A stretch of DNA of 64,000 nucleotides from Eledone cirrhosa. Its lineage: Eukaryota. The notes below the pieces were generated by a model that had not been told where the DNA came from, searched no databases, and saw only the letters and a list, made by a program, of their open reading frames with translations. The stretch covers positions 71,300,001-71,364,000 of the forward strand of contig OZ024744.1 of the NCBI GenBank assembly GCA_964016885.1, in the 5' to 3' direction. The position numbers were made by a program, and so were the translations under genes. Below are positions 13,730 to 28,464 of the stretch, piece after piece (within the stretch, counting starts at the first letter, position 1; every line of letters starts with the position of its first letter).

Positions 13730-14065
13730 TAGTTAAGATTGCTTCACAATTGTTATGTCCTGGGTTTGATCCTACTGCATGGCATCTAGGGCAAGTGTCA
13801 TTTACCATATTCTCAGGTTAACCCATGCCTTGTGAGTAAAATTGGGTAGACAAAAACTATTTGGAAGCCCATCATTGGACTGTACGTGTAATTTAAAGAG
13901 TCAACTTTGTCACACACTGTGTCATGCTGAATCTCCCTGAGAATTATGTTAAGGAAACACATGTCTGTGGAATGCTCAGCCACTTATATATTAATTTCAT
14001 GAACAAGCTTGTTCTATTGATGAAATAACAGGAACACATATCACCAAAACTAATTGAGGTCCATT
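13730..14065 (+). mobile_element. Second SINE-like interspersed family (related pieces at 35895-36110, 36170-36300, 36820-36930, 16690-16780)
   Basis: Shared GGAAGCCC..TGTCA(T/C)RCTGAATYTCYCTGAGAATTATGTTAAGG..GCTCAGCCAC sequence. Confidence 0.6.
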
Positions 14066-14674
14066 CCAACTATTTTAATGAAAATTTTAATATTGTTTTT
14101 AGGCCTAAGAACAAGTTTTATGGAGGAAGAAGGGTGGGATTTGAATGTTTCACTGAATAGGCCAAGTGATTACTTAGAGGCTTGTAGAGGGAGGAAAAGT
14201 ATAGCTCACCTACCTTGTGGGATATCTCACTGGTTGATCTTGTCCAGAATGGGGTATATCTGTGAGTACCCTACTCACGAAAACCTATGACCAGAAACCT
14301 ATAAACATATAACCTGAGTGCCCATGGCGAGAACACGTCCTGCCTCCCCAACTATCCAACAAGCAAGTTAGTGACTTCCCCTTACATGATGTCACTCACC
14401 CTTCTGCTTACAGCAAGGCCTTCTAGCCACAGGGCATCACTGATCCTTATACTTCCAGCAAGGCCCTCCAGTCTCATGATACAAGGCCATTTCACAATAT
14501 ATTACTGGTACTTATTTTTCATAGTCCTCAGTGGAACAAAAGGTTACATGAGACTCTAGTTGGCTTTAAACTCATAATGGGGGATGAACAAAACTAAATA
14601 CTGAAATGCATAACTTGACACTGTACTATTCCTTCTACTCCATTGTCTTTGTTTAGCTATGTATCAATCTAGAT

Positions 14675-14993
14675 CAGTGATTCCCTATGTTGGGTGCACG
14701 CTCCACAGGGGAGCAATTTGAATATTCAAGGGGGCAATTTTAAAATGATACTAATGAGAGAAAACTTTAGATTTTTCCTTATTACTTTTACACCAAGGCA
14801 AATTTGGAACAAATTTCTGTCGGAAACTCCTGTCTCACCTCCTCCACAAACGTTATTGTGCATCTGGCATCACCCATACGTCAATTTGTTTACACTTTGT
14901 AGTTGATCATTGCTGTTTTTATATCAAAGTGGAGCATAAAAATGTTTGAGATGTTAAGGTGGGGCATGGTGCACAAACGGTTGGGAACCACTG
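14675..14993. mobile_element. hAT (Charlie-like) MITE
   Basis: TIRs CAGTGATTCCC / GGGAACCACTG; flanks ATCTAGAT and ATCTAGTG resemble the 8-bp NTCTAGAN Charlie TSD. Confidence 0.75.
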
Positions 14994-16954
14994 ATCTAGT
15001 GGCCATGATACATAAGTGTACCCCATATGATCCAGAAATGTGTCACAAGTTTTTAAAAGGAATCAGAAAATTCCAGATTATTTAAAAAACTTTAGTGTTT
15101 TTAATATATCAAACCAGTGGATATATATATTTTTGCAGTAATATGCCATGTGAGCACACTCTCTTTTTTTTAACCCTTTAGCGTTTATATTATTCTATAC
15201 ATACTATTGTATTTTCACAGGAAAGGCTTTATCTTACATAATTATCTCACATAGTATCGAATCTACGAGATTTTGATGTTATTTAGTTTGAGAACAATAC
15301 CTTAATGTAGGTATGAGCGGCCAGTTACAGCCGGTTTGAACAGAAAGAGGTAAGAGAGTTCTGGTCGGGTACAGCTGGTTTAAATGGATATAAACAATTA
15401 AATGGATTAAATAATTTTGATATTGATTATTATTATGGACACCCCCCCACACACACACACACACCTCCAGTTCTACCATCAATAGCTCTGGGCTGAGACA
15501 GACTTTAACCTCTAATCTTTTATTACAAACTGCAGCTTTAATACCCCTGCTCTCTAGGCCCAGAGCCCATCACCCTCCCCAGTCTTCTGTGACCCTAGAA
15601 CCCTTACCCCTTACCTTTCCCTCCCTTTTCCGTTTTCATAACCACAAAAGACACTTGAATATTGAATGTAGCTCTACTTTGGTTTGTGAGTACTGAACAT
15701 ATATTTCTTTTTATATGTTAAAATGTTTGAATAAACCTAATTTAAAAAAAAAAGAAATTACCATAATATATTAATTAAGGTGGTATTTAGCTTGATTTAC
15801 CTTTTTTTTTTTGCAATTTAATGAAGGCATTCCTTCTAGCTGTCTGTTTATGATGTTGATGTAGGACAGAGTATCTGAAACTCAAGGACTCAAAAGAACC
15901 ATTAAATTCTAGAGGAGAGGCACAACAGGCCAAAAGTATGATGAGGGTCAGGGGCATAATTTTAATCAGTTATAATATTAATCTGCAATGTAGCTGATAG
16001 GGTGCTAGTTATTTATTTTTCATCAAAATGAATATGCATATGATATTATGTGGGATATGTAATTTAATACAAACTCAGCCTCATCCCATCCTCATATCTG
16101 AGGGTTGGGGAGCACTCTCTATCTTTTCCTGTCTCTTGCCATTGCTATAAATTCTGCCAAATTCCTTACTGTCCATTCCTTAATATCATCTGTCCATCCC
16201 CTTTTCTGCCATCCCCTGGCAACATTTCCCTTGTATTCGTCCCTCAAGGATGTGAGTAGGCTAATTTTGGGCTCTGACGACATGATCAAAATACTGAAGT
16301 TTCCTCTTCCTTACTGTTTTATCCAACTGTCGATTGGCACCAGTCTCTTCCAGGACTGAGGAGTTTGACAGGGATGCCTGGTGTAACCTTTGGCATTCAA
16401 TACAAACTATAGGAGAGCAAATTTTCTGTTTCAAATTTTCCTTAATTCCATTGTTACTTTTGGTAAAATTCCCTTTTTTCTATTTTCACTTTTCATTTTA
16501 CTGTATTACATGGGTAAATTGCAAGTGTATGGATGGGGTAGGGGACAAATTATCAAGTTTTAGGGAAAAAGATGTTCTGCTCTGCCATGGAACATAGAAA
16601 AGTAGTTTGCAGGCTGTATGTTTGAGACTCCTGATTTAGCACCTCTGTCGCTTCTGAATATTGAGTGTACTAGTTGATCAAATTATGGAAAAGCCTGCTT
16701 GTGAAACTAAAGTGTAAGTCACTGAGCATTCCACAGACTTGAGTATTGTTAATGTTGTTCTAAATGAGATTCAGCGACAAGGTACAATTATTCATTTTTC
16801 CCAACTCTAGTGTATTGGAAAAATGTGAATTAAAGTGTCTTGCTCAAGGATACAGCATACTACCTGGTATCAATCTCATGAACTTACAGTAAAAAATTGA
16901 ACACCCTAACCATTGAGCCATTTACCTTACAGATGTATGGTATGACTGCCACAC

Positions 16955-17460
16955 TTTAACAACAAAAGGTTTGTTCATATGAATGAAAGGTTGGCTATAT
17001 GATGCCTGTGTGCATGGTAGTGAGACATGGGTAGTGACTGCAGAGGATATGTGAAGGCTGGAGAGAAATGAAGCAAGAATGCTTCCATGGATATGCAATG
17101 TTAATATGTGCAAGAACAACAAAGCATAGATGAACTGAGGGAGAAACTGAGTATAAGAGGAATCAGATGTAGTATGCAGGAGAGGAGACTGCATTGATAT
17201 GGACATGTGATGCACATGGATGATGATTGCTGGGTGAAGAAACGCCAAGTAATCTCAGTGGCAGGAGGCTGCAGCAGAGGAAAACCAAGGAAGACTTGGA
17301 TGGAAGTGGTGAAAGTTGATCTCAGATTGCTAAAGCTCATGGAGGAGGTGACAAAGGGATGCAACAGGTGGAGAGGTGCAGTACTGAGGAGCCATCCAAC
17401 TTATGCAAGCATCGAACAACAGACGTAAATTGATGATGATAATGATGATGATGATGTCGT
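16955..17460 (+). mobile_element. RTE-type LINE 3' end
   Basis: LYDACVHGSETW, RRLH*YGHVMHMDDDCWVKK, RGKPRKTW, (GAT)n tail. Confidence 0.85.
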
Positions 17461-17499
17461 CAATCTAATGGATCATACATCAACATAACAGTACAGCTC

Positions 17500-17900
17500 T
17501 TCATCATCATCCATCATCCAGTTTTTGATTATGCAGGACACAATTAATCTCTAAGTAGGGGTGGGTCCAACCTGACAGTGCTCCTTAGCATCCTGCTCCA
17601 TGTATTTCTGTCTGCTGGTCTCACTGGGGCCAGGCCAAGCCTAGCTTGATCCCAACAGACATCCTCCATCCAAGTCCTTTTTGGGCTTCCTGGGCTTCTA
17701 CTGCCTCCTGGAATGACATTCATCACTTTGCTGATCTAGCCCTCACTGCACTTGACATGGCCCTACCAGTGCATGCATCTCCTGTGAAGCACACCCTCAA
17801 GGTCATCAATCAGTCTTTTCAGGAGCTCAGTTGAGCTGACATCATCCTCAGTGGTTACACCACACATCCTGTGGATCATAGCTCTGTAATTTCTTCTGAG
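17500..17900 (-). mobile_element. RTE-type LINE 3' end (second family)
   Basis: GGSRSPGSPKRTWMEDV..DRNTWSRMLRS and a (GAT) tail. Confidence 0.7.
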
Positions 17901-18631
17901 CTGATTCTTGTTTTGTTTTTATTTTTTTATACCTGAAGCCCCAACTTATAATGATATTAAGCTATTTAATTAATGTGTTTATATTTATCTAAAAACCTTC
18001 CATCATAATTTTATGTAAGAACCTTTGTTACATACATCAACTTCATGAGTTGTTTTCAATGAGTTATATTGCCAAATCACTCCTAATTCTTGATTATTTT
18101 CAAAATTTTTTTTGAATATTATAGGCAGTGTCTCATTAGAAATATGGTAATGAAAGGGTTAATAATGAGAAAATTATACTACTAAATCCCTGTAAATTCT
18201 TGATTACTTTCAAAGGCAATTAGGAGAGATAATCCCAATTTTCAAGAAAAGAGACAAGAGAGATTATCTCAATACTTCTGGTTGTTATATAACAGGCACT
18301 ATATTATAACGCTTATATAAACGTTCATATATTTGCATCATTATATCATAACTTTTATATTGCATATAATATCAATATGCACACTACACATACTAGCAGA
18401 AAACTACCAAAAGGGGGTTTTTCTGCTAGTTCCAATAATAGAGTGAATTCCTTGTTAAGATTCCCTGATATGTCTATGCTAAGTATCTGGCAAAGGGATG
18501 TAGGGAGATTGTTGTCAAAGGTAGCTTATATAGACTGTGGTTTTCATCCTGGTTACAGCACAACCGACCAAATATCCACACTGCAGCAGGTCTTTGAGAA
18601 ATCATGGGAGTAGTGCCAAGAGCTATATCCT

Positions 18632-19291
18632 TGTAAAACGGAATACTCCTATGTTTTACCGGCGAAGATTCAAAACCGAATCTGAGGTTTCTCGCATCTG
18701 GGACCACCTATTATTGGAAGGTTCCCACCATTGTCCTGTCAAGACAACGATGATAAACGTACATACCACTTGACCTGTGACCCCAGCTTCCTGGGAGACG
18801 ATATCCACATGGCTGATCATAAATCAACCTCATATACACATCCTTCTAACTATATCATTAATATAAATACAAGGACTTAAGGAGTCCAGCAGCCAGAGAC
18901 TACGAAGCAAGCAGTCTGTGTTAAGGTTAATGATGTAGCAGACCTTTTATTCTTTCTCTCTCCTAGCCTTACTGGTTTCCACCTTCTCGGCCACAGACAC
19001 AGCCAGACATGAAACAGCAGTCCTTGAGACGAATAACGTATTCTAAGAATAGATACACACGCACACACATAGTAAGTTTCATCTATTCTTCCATCTACTT
19101 GTTGCATCACTTATATTGTATCGTCATATTGATACATGCATGCACGCTAGCTCGAAGTTGCTAGCCAGCAAATTAATGTAGCGATAAATTCTGTCACATA
19201 TTGTTATTGTAAAATAAACATTGTCAACATCCAATCATGGCATTATTCTTTTCATCAAACACCCATCAAAGAATAACATTTATCTTCTACA
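18632..19291 (+). mobile_element. Candidate solo LTR inserted in the RTE RT
   Basis: TGTAAAA...TTCTACA ends, internal AATAAA near 19213, CTTG on both sides; host frame ELY-P-CFVDFEK is restored on removal. Confidence 0.6.
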
Positions 19292-19510
19292 CTTGCTTTG
19301 TAGATTTTGAAAAGGTATATGACTACATTTCATGAGATCTACTATAGAAGGTTCTGCAGGGGTATTGGATTGATGGTCAGCTTCTTGTTGCCCTGATGTC
19401 TTTATACGAATGCCCAAGTAGTTATGTTCAGATAAATGATTCTAAATTGAAACCATTCAATGTGGGAGTCAGACTCTGCCAAGGGTGTGTAATGGCACCT
19501 CTCTCCTGTT

Positions 19511-19700
19511 CGGTGGATTGGCAGTATCGGTAGAGGGTTGGACGCCATACTTTACGGCAAAGAGTTACGGCCCTTTATGGTCTGAGTTCAAATCCCGCCA
19601 GGGTTAACTTTGCCTTTCATCCTTATGGGGTCAATAAAATAAAGTACCAGTAATGCACTGTGATAATTGCTGGCCTTGTGCCAAAAGTAGAAATAATTAT
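19511..19700 (+). mobile_element. tRNA-derived SINE, full length
   Basis: A/B boxes, body GCCTTTCATCCTTAYGGGGTCRATAAAATAAAGTACCAG, AATTATT tail. Other copies at 22072-22335 (two), 23393-23480(-), 25062-25247(-), 25610-25780(-), 25800-26000, 30893-31080, 35408-35515. Confidence 0.9.
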
Positions 19701-20759
19701 TTTCATGATCAGGATTGACATGCGCAGCCAGCCTGGAAGTGGCACTGCAACTGGTGTAGGAACAGTCAGCTGGAATTTGCAGATGACATGCACTTGTTAG
19801 GTTTGATGCTGAATGCTGAATGCTGCATGGTTGGAATGAAAATCAGTGCTGCAAAAACTAAGAGATTCGTACTGTCAAAGAAACCTGTGCAGTACACTCT
19901 ACATGTGATTGGAGTTCCACTGAAGCAGGTGGAAAAGTGCATGGAAGGCAGGTGGCTGAATTAAGTGCAAGAATTGCAGGAGCTGGTGCAGTAATGTGCC
20001 AGCTTCAGCATTCGGTAATCAGAAGAAGGGAGGTAGGTGTAAAAGTCAAACTCACATTCTTCAATTTGCTATTCATGCCAACCCTTACCTATGGTCATAA
20101 ATCTTGGCTAATATAAGCAGCCTAAATGGGGTTCTTCAGAAAACAAACTGCAGGAGATTCAGTGGGTAAAACCCAAAGCTAAATGGTTGGATAACATCCA
20201 TGAGCTCAGCTGGTCTCACTTGGGGATCCAGCCAGATCAGTTGGAGATGGTTGTTTCTGACAGGACCCACTGGAAGGAGTGTTTGAGGACTCTGCCCCCA
20301 CAACTCTCTCAGGAACAAATAGGCGAAGAAGATATGAAAATCATAAAGCAGTTTCTTTCATTAGAAATTTGATAACAAAAAGGTTAAAAGGTTCAACATT
20401 ATACTTTCTTCTGGTACTTATTTTAATGTAGAGTTTAATGGTCCTGCTTAGAGACATTGGTACATTTTAACATTGGTGACCCAATATATAATATATAAAT
20501 ACACACACATCATCATCATCGTTTAACGTCCATCTTCCACGCTTGCATGGGTTTGGACGGGAATTTTCCCACTTGAGGCAAGATTGGTTGTCTTGCTCGT
20601 ATAGGACTGTCTGGCGGGTTTTCTACGGCTGGATGCCCTTGCTAACACTAACCACGTTTACAGTGTGGACTGGGAGGTTCTTACCGTGTTACCTACGCGG
20701 CCACATTACAGCGTGGACTGTTTTTTTTTGTCGTGACACCTACACGACCTCATTTGTTT

Positions 20760-20806
<47 letters not shown>

Positions 20807-21442
20807 GAGGGGGGGGGGAGAAAGTAACCATAGATTTTTGTTTAATTACAAAAGTAATAAAGCTTTTTTATGTATAGTTTATATAGAATCTAATAAAACT
20901 CTCATGATCATAAACAAAAATGTGTGTGTGTGTGTGTATGTGTCTATGTGTGTGTGTGTGTGTGTATATGCGTGCGCCAGTGACTGAATGAGTGATTGTG
21001 TGATTGAAAAGAGAGTCTATGTGAGAATCTGCGAAACTGATTGCGCGCGCACACGTGTGTGTGTATGTGTGAAAGTGATACATAGAAAAAATAAAAGAAA
21101 ACAAAACGAAAGTTAGTGTAATATTTAATAGATGGAGTCATTTCATATATGTTAACTAGAAATAATTATGACGAGGAAAAGACAATATTTGACAGTAACT
21201 ATATATATATTGTTTTAATTATTGCAGGAAATACGGAAGAGAAAATACTTATATTGGTAAAAAGACAGACAAAGAGAAATATGCTATCATCCAGTCGAAA
21301 AGATGAGCGAACCTATATGTACGTAGTGACTCGATATGCAAGAAATAGCAGATAAATCAACCTTAAATCATACCAGACCGCCAAATAATTGTCAGGACAC
21401 ATGAAATACAACCCAACGACCCTCATTTCAAATATATTTATA

Positions 21443-21543
21443 CAGTGTGTCCCCCAAAAATGTATACACACTTCAACGGCATTCTAATAAATATTGCCTG
21501 TACAGGTAATGAAAGTATGTATACATTTTTGGGGGACACCCCG
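21443..21543. mobile_element. ~100-bp Tc1/mariner-type MITE
   Basis: TA-CAGTGTGTCCCCCAAAAATGTATACACACTT...AAGTATGTATACATTTTTGGGGGACAC; reverse-oriented copy at 31195-31292. Confidence 0.8.
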
Positions 21544-21547
21544 TCTC

Positions 21548-21613
<66 letters not shown>

Positions 21614-21989
21614 CGTTATACTGTATATACATACACATACATATATGAATAATGTATATATATGTGTATATGATAAATATATGTAGGTGTGAAAAAGGAA
21701 AAAGGAAAACTGCTCAATCGGGTATGAGAGCTGATAAATATTATATATTTATGTTCATACACAGAATAAAAGCGCTACCTAAGATTTCAAGGCCCAATAT
21801 TGACTATAACTCCAGATTGTAAGAGGAATCAAATTTGTGACCGATTCTTCCGGTGTTTAGAGTCCTCTCTGGACTCTGCCTTACATCCTTACGGGATCGA
21901 TAAAATAAAGCATCAGTAATGCACTGAGGTCGATTTAATCGACTTTCTCCTCCCCACAAAAATGTAGGCCTTGTGGTTATAGTAGAAAT

Positions 21990-22022
<33 letters not shown>

Positions 22023-23868
22023 CACTACTACCACTACTACTACTACTACTACTACACATACATTATATATAACGGGGTCGATAAAATAAAGTACCAGTAA
22101 TGCTCTGGTATAATTACTGGCCTTGTGCCAAAAGTAGAAACAATTATTTGGATTGATAGTATCGGTAGAGGGTCTGACGTCATGCTTTGCAGCATAGAGT
22201 TACGGCCCTTGCCATTCTGAGTTCAAATCCCTCCGAGGTTAACTTTGCCTTTCATCCTTACGAGGTCGATAAAATAAAGTACTAGTAATGTACTGGGTGA
22301 TTGCTGGCCTTGTGCCAAAAGTAGAAACAATTATTAATAGATTTGCTTGGATAGGAATTGGATCAATGGAATCGTTAGATCCTTCGAACAAAACTCCTTT
22401 ACAGTATTTAGTTACGGCCATTTACAACTGGATCACTGACAACGAGGTTTTTGTCATTGTTGGTGGTTCGTCATACCGACGTATTTGGTGATATCAGTAA
22501 ATGGTGTTTCGTTATTCCAGCGTATTAGCTTTGCTGTCACTTGTGGCAATTCTTGGAGTGTATTGGCTTGCCTAAAAAAACATTAGAGGGAAACTCATGC
22601 GCCCCTTGTGGCTGTAAGTGTCTTATCTCATATTTTTGTCTTTTTTGTTGTTCTCTATATAGAACTTGTATTTATTGTATGCATTCAATTAATGACAAAA
22701 CGTTTTCATTTCATTAAAGTAAAAATATAAACAACCCTTACAATTAGTAAAGAATAACATTCTTAGTTTAAAGTTACCAGGCGCCAATTTTGCATTACAT
22801 TGATAAAATAAAATATAAATTTAGTACTGGAGTTGTTTTATGTTTTATAAAATGTTCTATATGTGAATGGAATCATAGAAGTAAAAGCAAATCTGACATG
22901 AGCTAAATAAGAGAAGCTGAACAGACAGTTTAGAGACGATAGAGAAAGAAGCAAAGACAAAGCAGAGATTAAGAATAAAATTCGTCAAATAAGATATGTC
23001 ATGCGAATGTTGAGTTCTGATGCCTCGAAAACATTCTTCTTTGTAAGTAAGCGAGGTAAACGAGAGAGGGAACAAATGTATAGAGGAAGAGGTAAGAAGA
23101 GAAATAGAGCAAAAAAAGAAGTGAAACGCAGAAGAAAAGCCAAAAAGCAAAGTTAAAAAAGAACGAAAAGAATTGACGTATGTCAAGTTTACAAGAAAAC
23201 GACCGAGAGAGAAGCAATGATCTAAGGGAAGTAACTTTAGTTAAATACTGAAAACAACTGTTTGTCTGCTGACACATGTCTTTGCATACAGCAAAATACG
23301 TTCTTTTATTATTTTATTTGTTCGCTTTAAAGTGATTCAGTCGATCATATTGACCCTTATTTCATCGATCACTTTTTGACGAACGGCTATATTTATTGTT
23401 TCTACTTTTGGCACAAGGCCAGCAATTATCTCAGTGTATTAATGGTACTTTATTTTATCGACCCCGTAAGGATGAAAGGCAGACACAGACACAAACATAA
23501 ATACATTTTTAGAAACTAGAATTTTTTTCAACATGCTAACGCGTTTGTGTAATTCTTATATAGGCATGCAGAGTTGAGTTTATTTTAATACCTAATCTAA
23601 TCTATAATAAAGTAAAACCGCGGGACTGCGTACGGTTTATAATTTTTTATCCCATTAGTAAAATAAGTTGGATTACTTTGAATAAATAATGAATGAATAT
23701 TACATAATTTATCTACTAAATTTCGTGGCTGTTCATTAAATATATTTTATTATTTATTTAAAGATTCACTTCCTTAAAATTTTCAAATGTTAACATTTCC
23801 GGTGGCGATCGCTTAAATAAACATATTAATTTTCTGTCACTAATTTTTTCCTAATGCAGTTTATATAT

Positions 23869-24856
23869 AACTAGCAGCAGTACCCAGTGTTGCTTGGGTA
23901 GGTAAAATAATATTTGCTTTGATGAAAAGGTGTTGATCTTAGCGACTGCTTCTCATCTATGGCCACACACAGGCCATGCGGGGAAGGGGAGGGGTGATGA
24001 CCTCTATCACTGAGAAACGTGGGTGACTGACGAAGGGGAATGGTGGGGGAGGGAGGTAATGACCTCTAACACTAAGCCAAATTTCCTTACGCTACTTGAT
24101 TGGAAATCGATGAATTCTCAAATACCAAGCTAAAAGCTCAGGTGACGTCAGTGGCCATCGTTTTGCCTTTGACCATTTATAAGATGTGCAATGATAGGTT
24201 CTATCGTAGTATAAAAGTTGAACCAAATAAATTGATTTATGTGTGAGGTGGAGCCGAAGTTTCGAATTTGAACGAAATCGATTGAAAAATGTGGGAGCTA
24301 GAGCCGAAAAGGTGGTATTTTCGAATATTTAAGCGGCTTCCCCGCCGTTCCTGAACAAAAAATCCAAAATGTAAAGCCAATTTAAGACGTGAAATAATCA
24401 GATCCAGCGTAGTGTAAAATTTGAACAAAGTAGGTTGATTAATGTGGGAGCTAGAGCCGAAAAAGTGGAAATTTCAGTCAAAAAGTGGTATTTTTAAATA
24501 TTTAAGCCGCTGCCACGCCGTCCCTGAACGACAAATGCAAAATATAAAACCATTACAGGATGTGCAATGATAAATTCTATTTTGCTTTAAAATTTGAACG
24601 AAATCAGTGGCAAAATGTAGGAGCTAGAGCCAAAAATCTTATTTTTCGATACCTAAAAAATGGTGACTCCCCCTGTCGATTTTTATCTGCAGAATGACCC
24701 CGGAATAAAAAAAAAAACTATACGCTGATATATATAGAAAACTCTCCCCGATGACTAATCTATGAGCCTGTAAAGTTTCATGAAAATCGGTCGTAAGGTG
24801 TAGGCCCCTATAGGTAATACACACACACACACACACAATTTTATATATATACAGAT
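23869..24856 (+). mobile_element. Non-autonomous Helitron/Lep1-like element with internal degenerate repeats
   Basis: Starts ACTAGC..CCCAGTGTTGCTTGGG, ends AAGTTTCATGAAAATCGGTC..(CA)n..TTTATATATATACAGAT; three internal TGTRGGAGCTAGAGCC units. Confidence 0.5.
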
Positions 24857-24959
24857 ATCGTCTTTTTTTAATGTATCATGGATTACGTTACTGATTACAT
24901 AAGACAGTGTAACACAGTCTTTGTTCAATTTCTGTGTATATTGTCAATTGCGATTACGT

Positions 24960-25054
24960 ATTATACCTACATGTATATATACTTGCGTATAATATCAATA
25001 TACACACTACACATGATAGCAGAAAACCACCCGAAGGGTGGTTTTTCTGCTAGT
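24960..25054 (+). mobile_element. Helitron-like 3' end (hairpin + CTAG), second copy at 18340-18430
   Basis: TAGCAGAAAACCACC-CGAAG-GGTGGTTTTTCTGCTAG followed by T; upstream sequence shared by both copies. Confidence 0.5.
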
Positions 25055-26829
25055 ATATATAATAATTGTTTCTACTTTTGGCACAAGGCCATCAATTATC
25101 CAGTACATTACTGGTACTTTATTTTATCGACCCCGTAAGGATGAAAGGCAAACTTAACCTCGGCGGGATTTGAACTCAGACCATAAAGGGCCGTAACTCT
25201 TTGCTGCAAAGCATGGCGTCCGACCCTCTACTGATATTGCCAATCCACATAATAATAATGACAACAATAATAACAACAGCAATAAAAAAGAAAAGGAAAT
25301 AAAAGAAAGTATAGAACAAAAGAGAAAAAGAAAGAACAAAGAAGAGGAAGGGAGGGGATGGCAAGAACTTTAGTGTCGCAGAAGAGAGGGGGGGAGTGAA
25401 GGTGGGGGAGGGGGATGATTGGGCTTTGGACCTAGGGCATGGTCGAAGAAGGGCTCAGCCATGCGGACAAGACCGCAAAAGCATTCTTACTATTTGCCAA
25501 CATAAGCCATTTTCTCTATAACTTTCTTCATAAGGTATTTGTCTATTCATTTATTTATTTCAATGAAATTTGCAGTTATATTTTCAATGGTGTAGATTGC
25601 GATAATGATTTTTACTATAGACACGAAACCAGCAATTTAGGGATAGGGGAAAGTCGATTAAATGGACCCCAGTGCATTACTGGTGTTTTATTTTATCGAC
25701 CCTGTGAGAATGAAAGGCAAAGCTAACCTCGGCGAGATTGAACTCAGGCATGTTGTCCGACGCTCTACTACCAATCCACCGATAATTTTGCTGAAAGAGT
25801 GATGGATTGGCAAAATTGGTAGAACGTCGGACAAAATGCTTTGTAACATTTAGTTGTAGCTCTTTACACTATGAGTTTAAATCCCACTAATATCAACTTT
25901 ATCTTTCATCCTTCCTGGGTGTATAAAATATAGTACCAGTAAAGTACTAGGGTCGTTATAATCGACATACCTGTAGCAGTAATTTGACTTTTTGTGCTGA
26001 TGTCAGTAAAATAAGTCAGTGTCTTAACATATACTGACCCCTAGGCAACATGATATTCATTTTTTTCTTTGTTTCGAATTATTGACGCCAGTTAGCCCGA
26101 AGAAACTGGCCAACTGGAGGCTGTTTAAGATAACACTTCCTTAAGACCATTCTGCTCTCATCTCTCAAAAGAGACACACCAAAAAACAGTTGGTTTTCAG
26201 CAAACACACAAATGTAACGTTTAGCCAGACACTCCGGCCCCGTCGAAAGATCCTAACTCAACAAAGATCAGTCCACGCACTACTGTAGAATTATTGCACA
26301 CACACACATACACCACAACAACAAAAGCCTTGTTTTTATTTTAATATTGTCAACAATTACCTCATTATTAATTTAATAAATATATTTAAGTAGCGATTTG
26401 GTTTTTATTTCATTACTTATGTATCATCTTATGAATCATCATCATCATGAACACTGCAGCTCACTTGCACACCCGCAATTGCTGGTCACACTGTAATAGA
26501 CACAGACCTCTCAACTCTCCACGTTCGACAGAGAGATCTCCCACTCAATTTGGAGTGGGTGAGAGATGTCTTCTCTTGTGAAAATGGGTATAGCTTTCAT
26601 TATGTAAAATCTCCCCAGTTTGCCTCATTTCTCCCCGATTTAGGGCAATTTCTTTCATGGTACTCCCCATTTGGGTTTTTAGAGGTTGGCAGGTCTGCAG
26701 GCACATCAGTCTCCTTTGCCCACACTCTACACGAACATGACCACACCAAAAAGCAATCCACAAGTGAACAACGAACCACAGCACCAACTAACATCGCCAA
26801 CTCACTTCCCGCCACATCTAACTAATTTC

Positions 26830-27335
26830 CATCGCTATATATATCCTCAAATTGCTGACGTTGTGGCTGTTAAAAATACCCCTTTGGAATAGGAGGTGGG
26901 GTGGCGGTGCTGTTTAGAAAAAAACTGGATCTCTAGGTACAGATGATCTGCCTGAACTCGGACGGTAAGTTGGTGGTCGTGGATGTGAATAGTGGAGAAG
27001 GTGGTGCCTTTAGACTTGTGACCGTCTATACCCTGACAGTAGTAGGCTGGTCGGATTTCTTCGAACGTCTGAAAGCTTTTCTTGGAATGTCTCATCCTTT
27101 ACTATTAGCAAGGAACTGGAACGGCAACTTCAACATTCAAATGGGTTTTGTGAGAGTTGTTGATAGAAGTAAGGTTGCAAAATCCTCAAGAATTTGAGGA
27201 GTCAGTTCTAACTATCTCCCACGTACCGACTAGATTTCTCGAATGCTCCAGTGTGGACATGGAACAATCGCATAGGGTCATTCGGTTGATATTTAGATAG
27301 ATTTTCATTAAGTTCGCAAATAGGGATAGCATGAA
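26830..27335 (+). pseudogene. Old Tx1 endonuclease fragment related to the array family
   Basis: LNSDGKLVVVDVNSGEGGAFRLVTVY..DFFERLKAFLGMSHPLLLARNWNG matches array ORF2. Confidence 0.85.
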
Positions 27336-28464
27336 GTGAAGGTTAAGATTGTTTGATGTCACCAAATGTAGCTTGTATCAGTGATTTGGTTAGTGTGGTG
27401 GCTGGATGAAAGCGTGAGTAAAAGGTGATGCTTCGTTAGTTGTTCATTGTAGTATGGTAGAATTTGAAGCTGTAATTGTTGGCTTGATAAATGATTCTGT
27501 GAGTAGCTCTCTACCATTCAAGTGCTGTGTTAATGTTGCGACTTTATGGCAAATGAATTGTGTATGTTTCATAGTAAGTCGAAATATGTGACTGTATTCG
27601 TTGCCATAGCCAGTAGTTGAAAATAAAGCTGCCATTAACAATATTCAAATACCGCTATTTTAATAATTTCTAAAAATTAAGAAATAACTTATGTCGAAGT
27701 CATTGCGCTAACAGAGGAAAACAACAGGGTCAAAGTGTGGTTGTGTGTTATGTTTGTGTGATTGGTTTTGCGTGAATACTATAGTAGTCTGAAAAGATGC
27801 TTGTAACTAACTTTTGTTGGAATCGAGCGGGAATATGGCTGTCATGGCTCGTTGGCCGAACAGGCCGGGGTGAATATTGTCGACAACTACATTGTTTGGT
27901 TGCTGGATGAAATTAAGCCGGAGGGCAGGGATCGAACTAATCATGAGAATCTTGTTATCGTTGACACTAACAAGATGGCCTTAGAAAGCTGTATTCTTAT
28001 AGTCAGTTTGGTGAGATGAGTCCCCGAAACAAAGGAAGTAAATAATAACGGGTACCGTACAAATAAAATTGCCTATCTATTCTGAGTTCTTGAGGCCAGA
28101 AGTCAGTGTCTGTGGTCGTGTGATTTATTTCTCTAACCGGGAGAGCAAAAGTTCAAATCTCGCTGCATAGAATTCGCTACATAGTTCCCCGCCCAGATCA
28201 ATACGGGATGAGCTATCAATAATAGAAATGGCAGCGAAATTGAACTGCAAGAACATGATTGAAAATACGTAAAAATACGAGATCTTGCTGGCTGCTAATA
28301 TGTGGAGCTGTGAGTCACTCAACGCAGTTGCATAAGCTTTGTTTGTATTCCTCAATTTGCAGGGAAGCGGAGATTAAGTTTTGATGAGCTGGGAGAAAAA
28401 CGTGTCTGACGAACGCCGACGTCCACATTTGTTCACCAACAAGGAGAGACTGAAGTAACCTCAG

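Larger units (their letters stand above)
18230..20340 (+). mobile_element. Fragmented RTE-type LINE hosting nested insertions
   Basis: CGFHPGYSTTDQI..LQQVFEKSWE, then CFVDFEK after an insertion, LCQGCVMAP, FADD, TLTYGHKSW, terminal DRTHWKECL. Confidence 0.75.
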
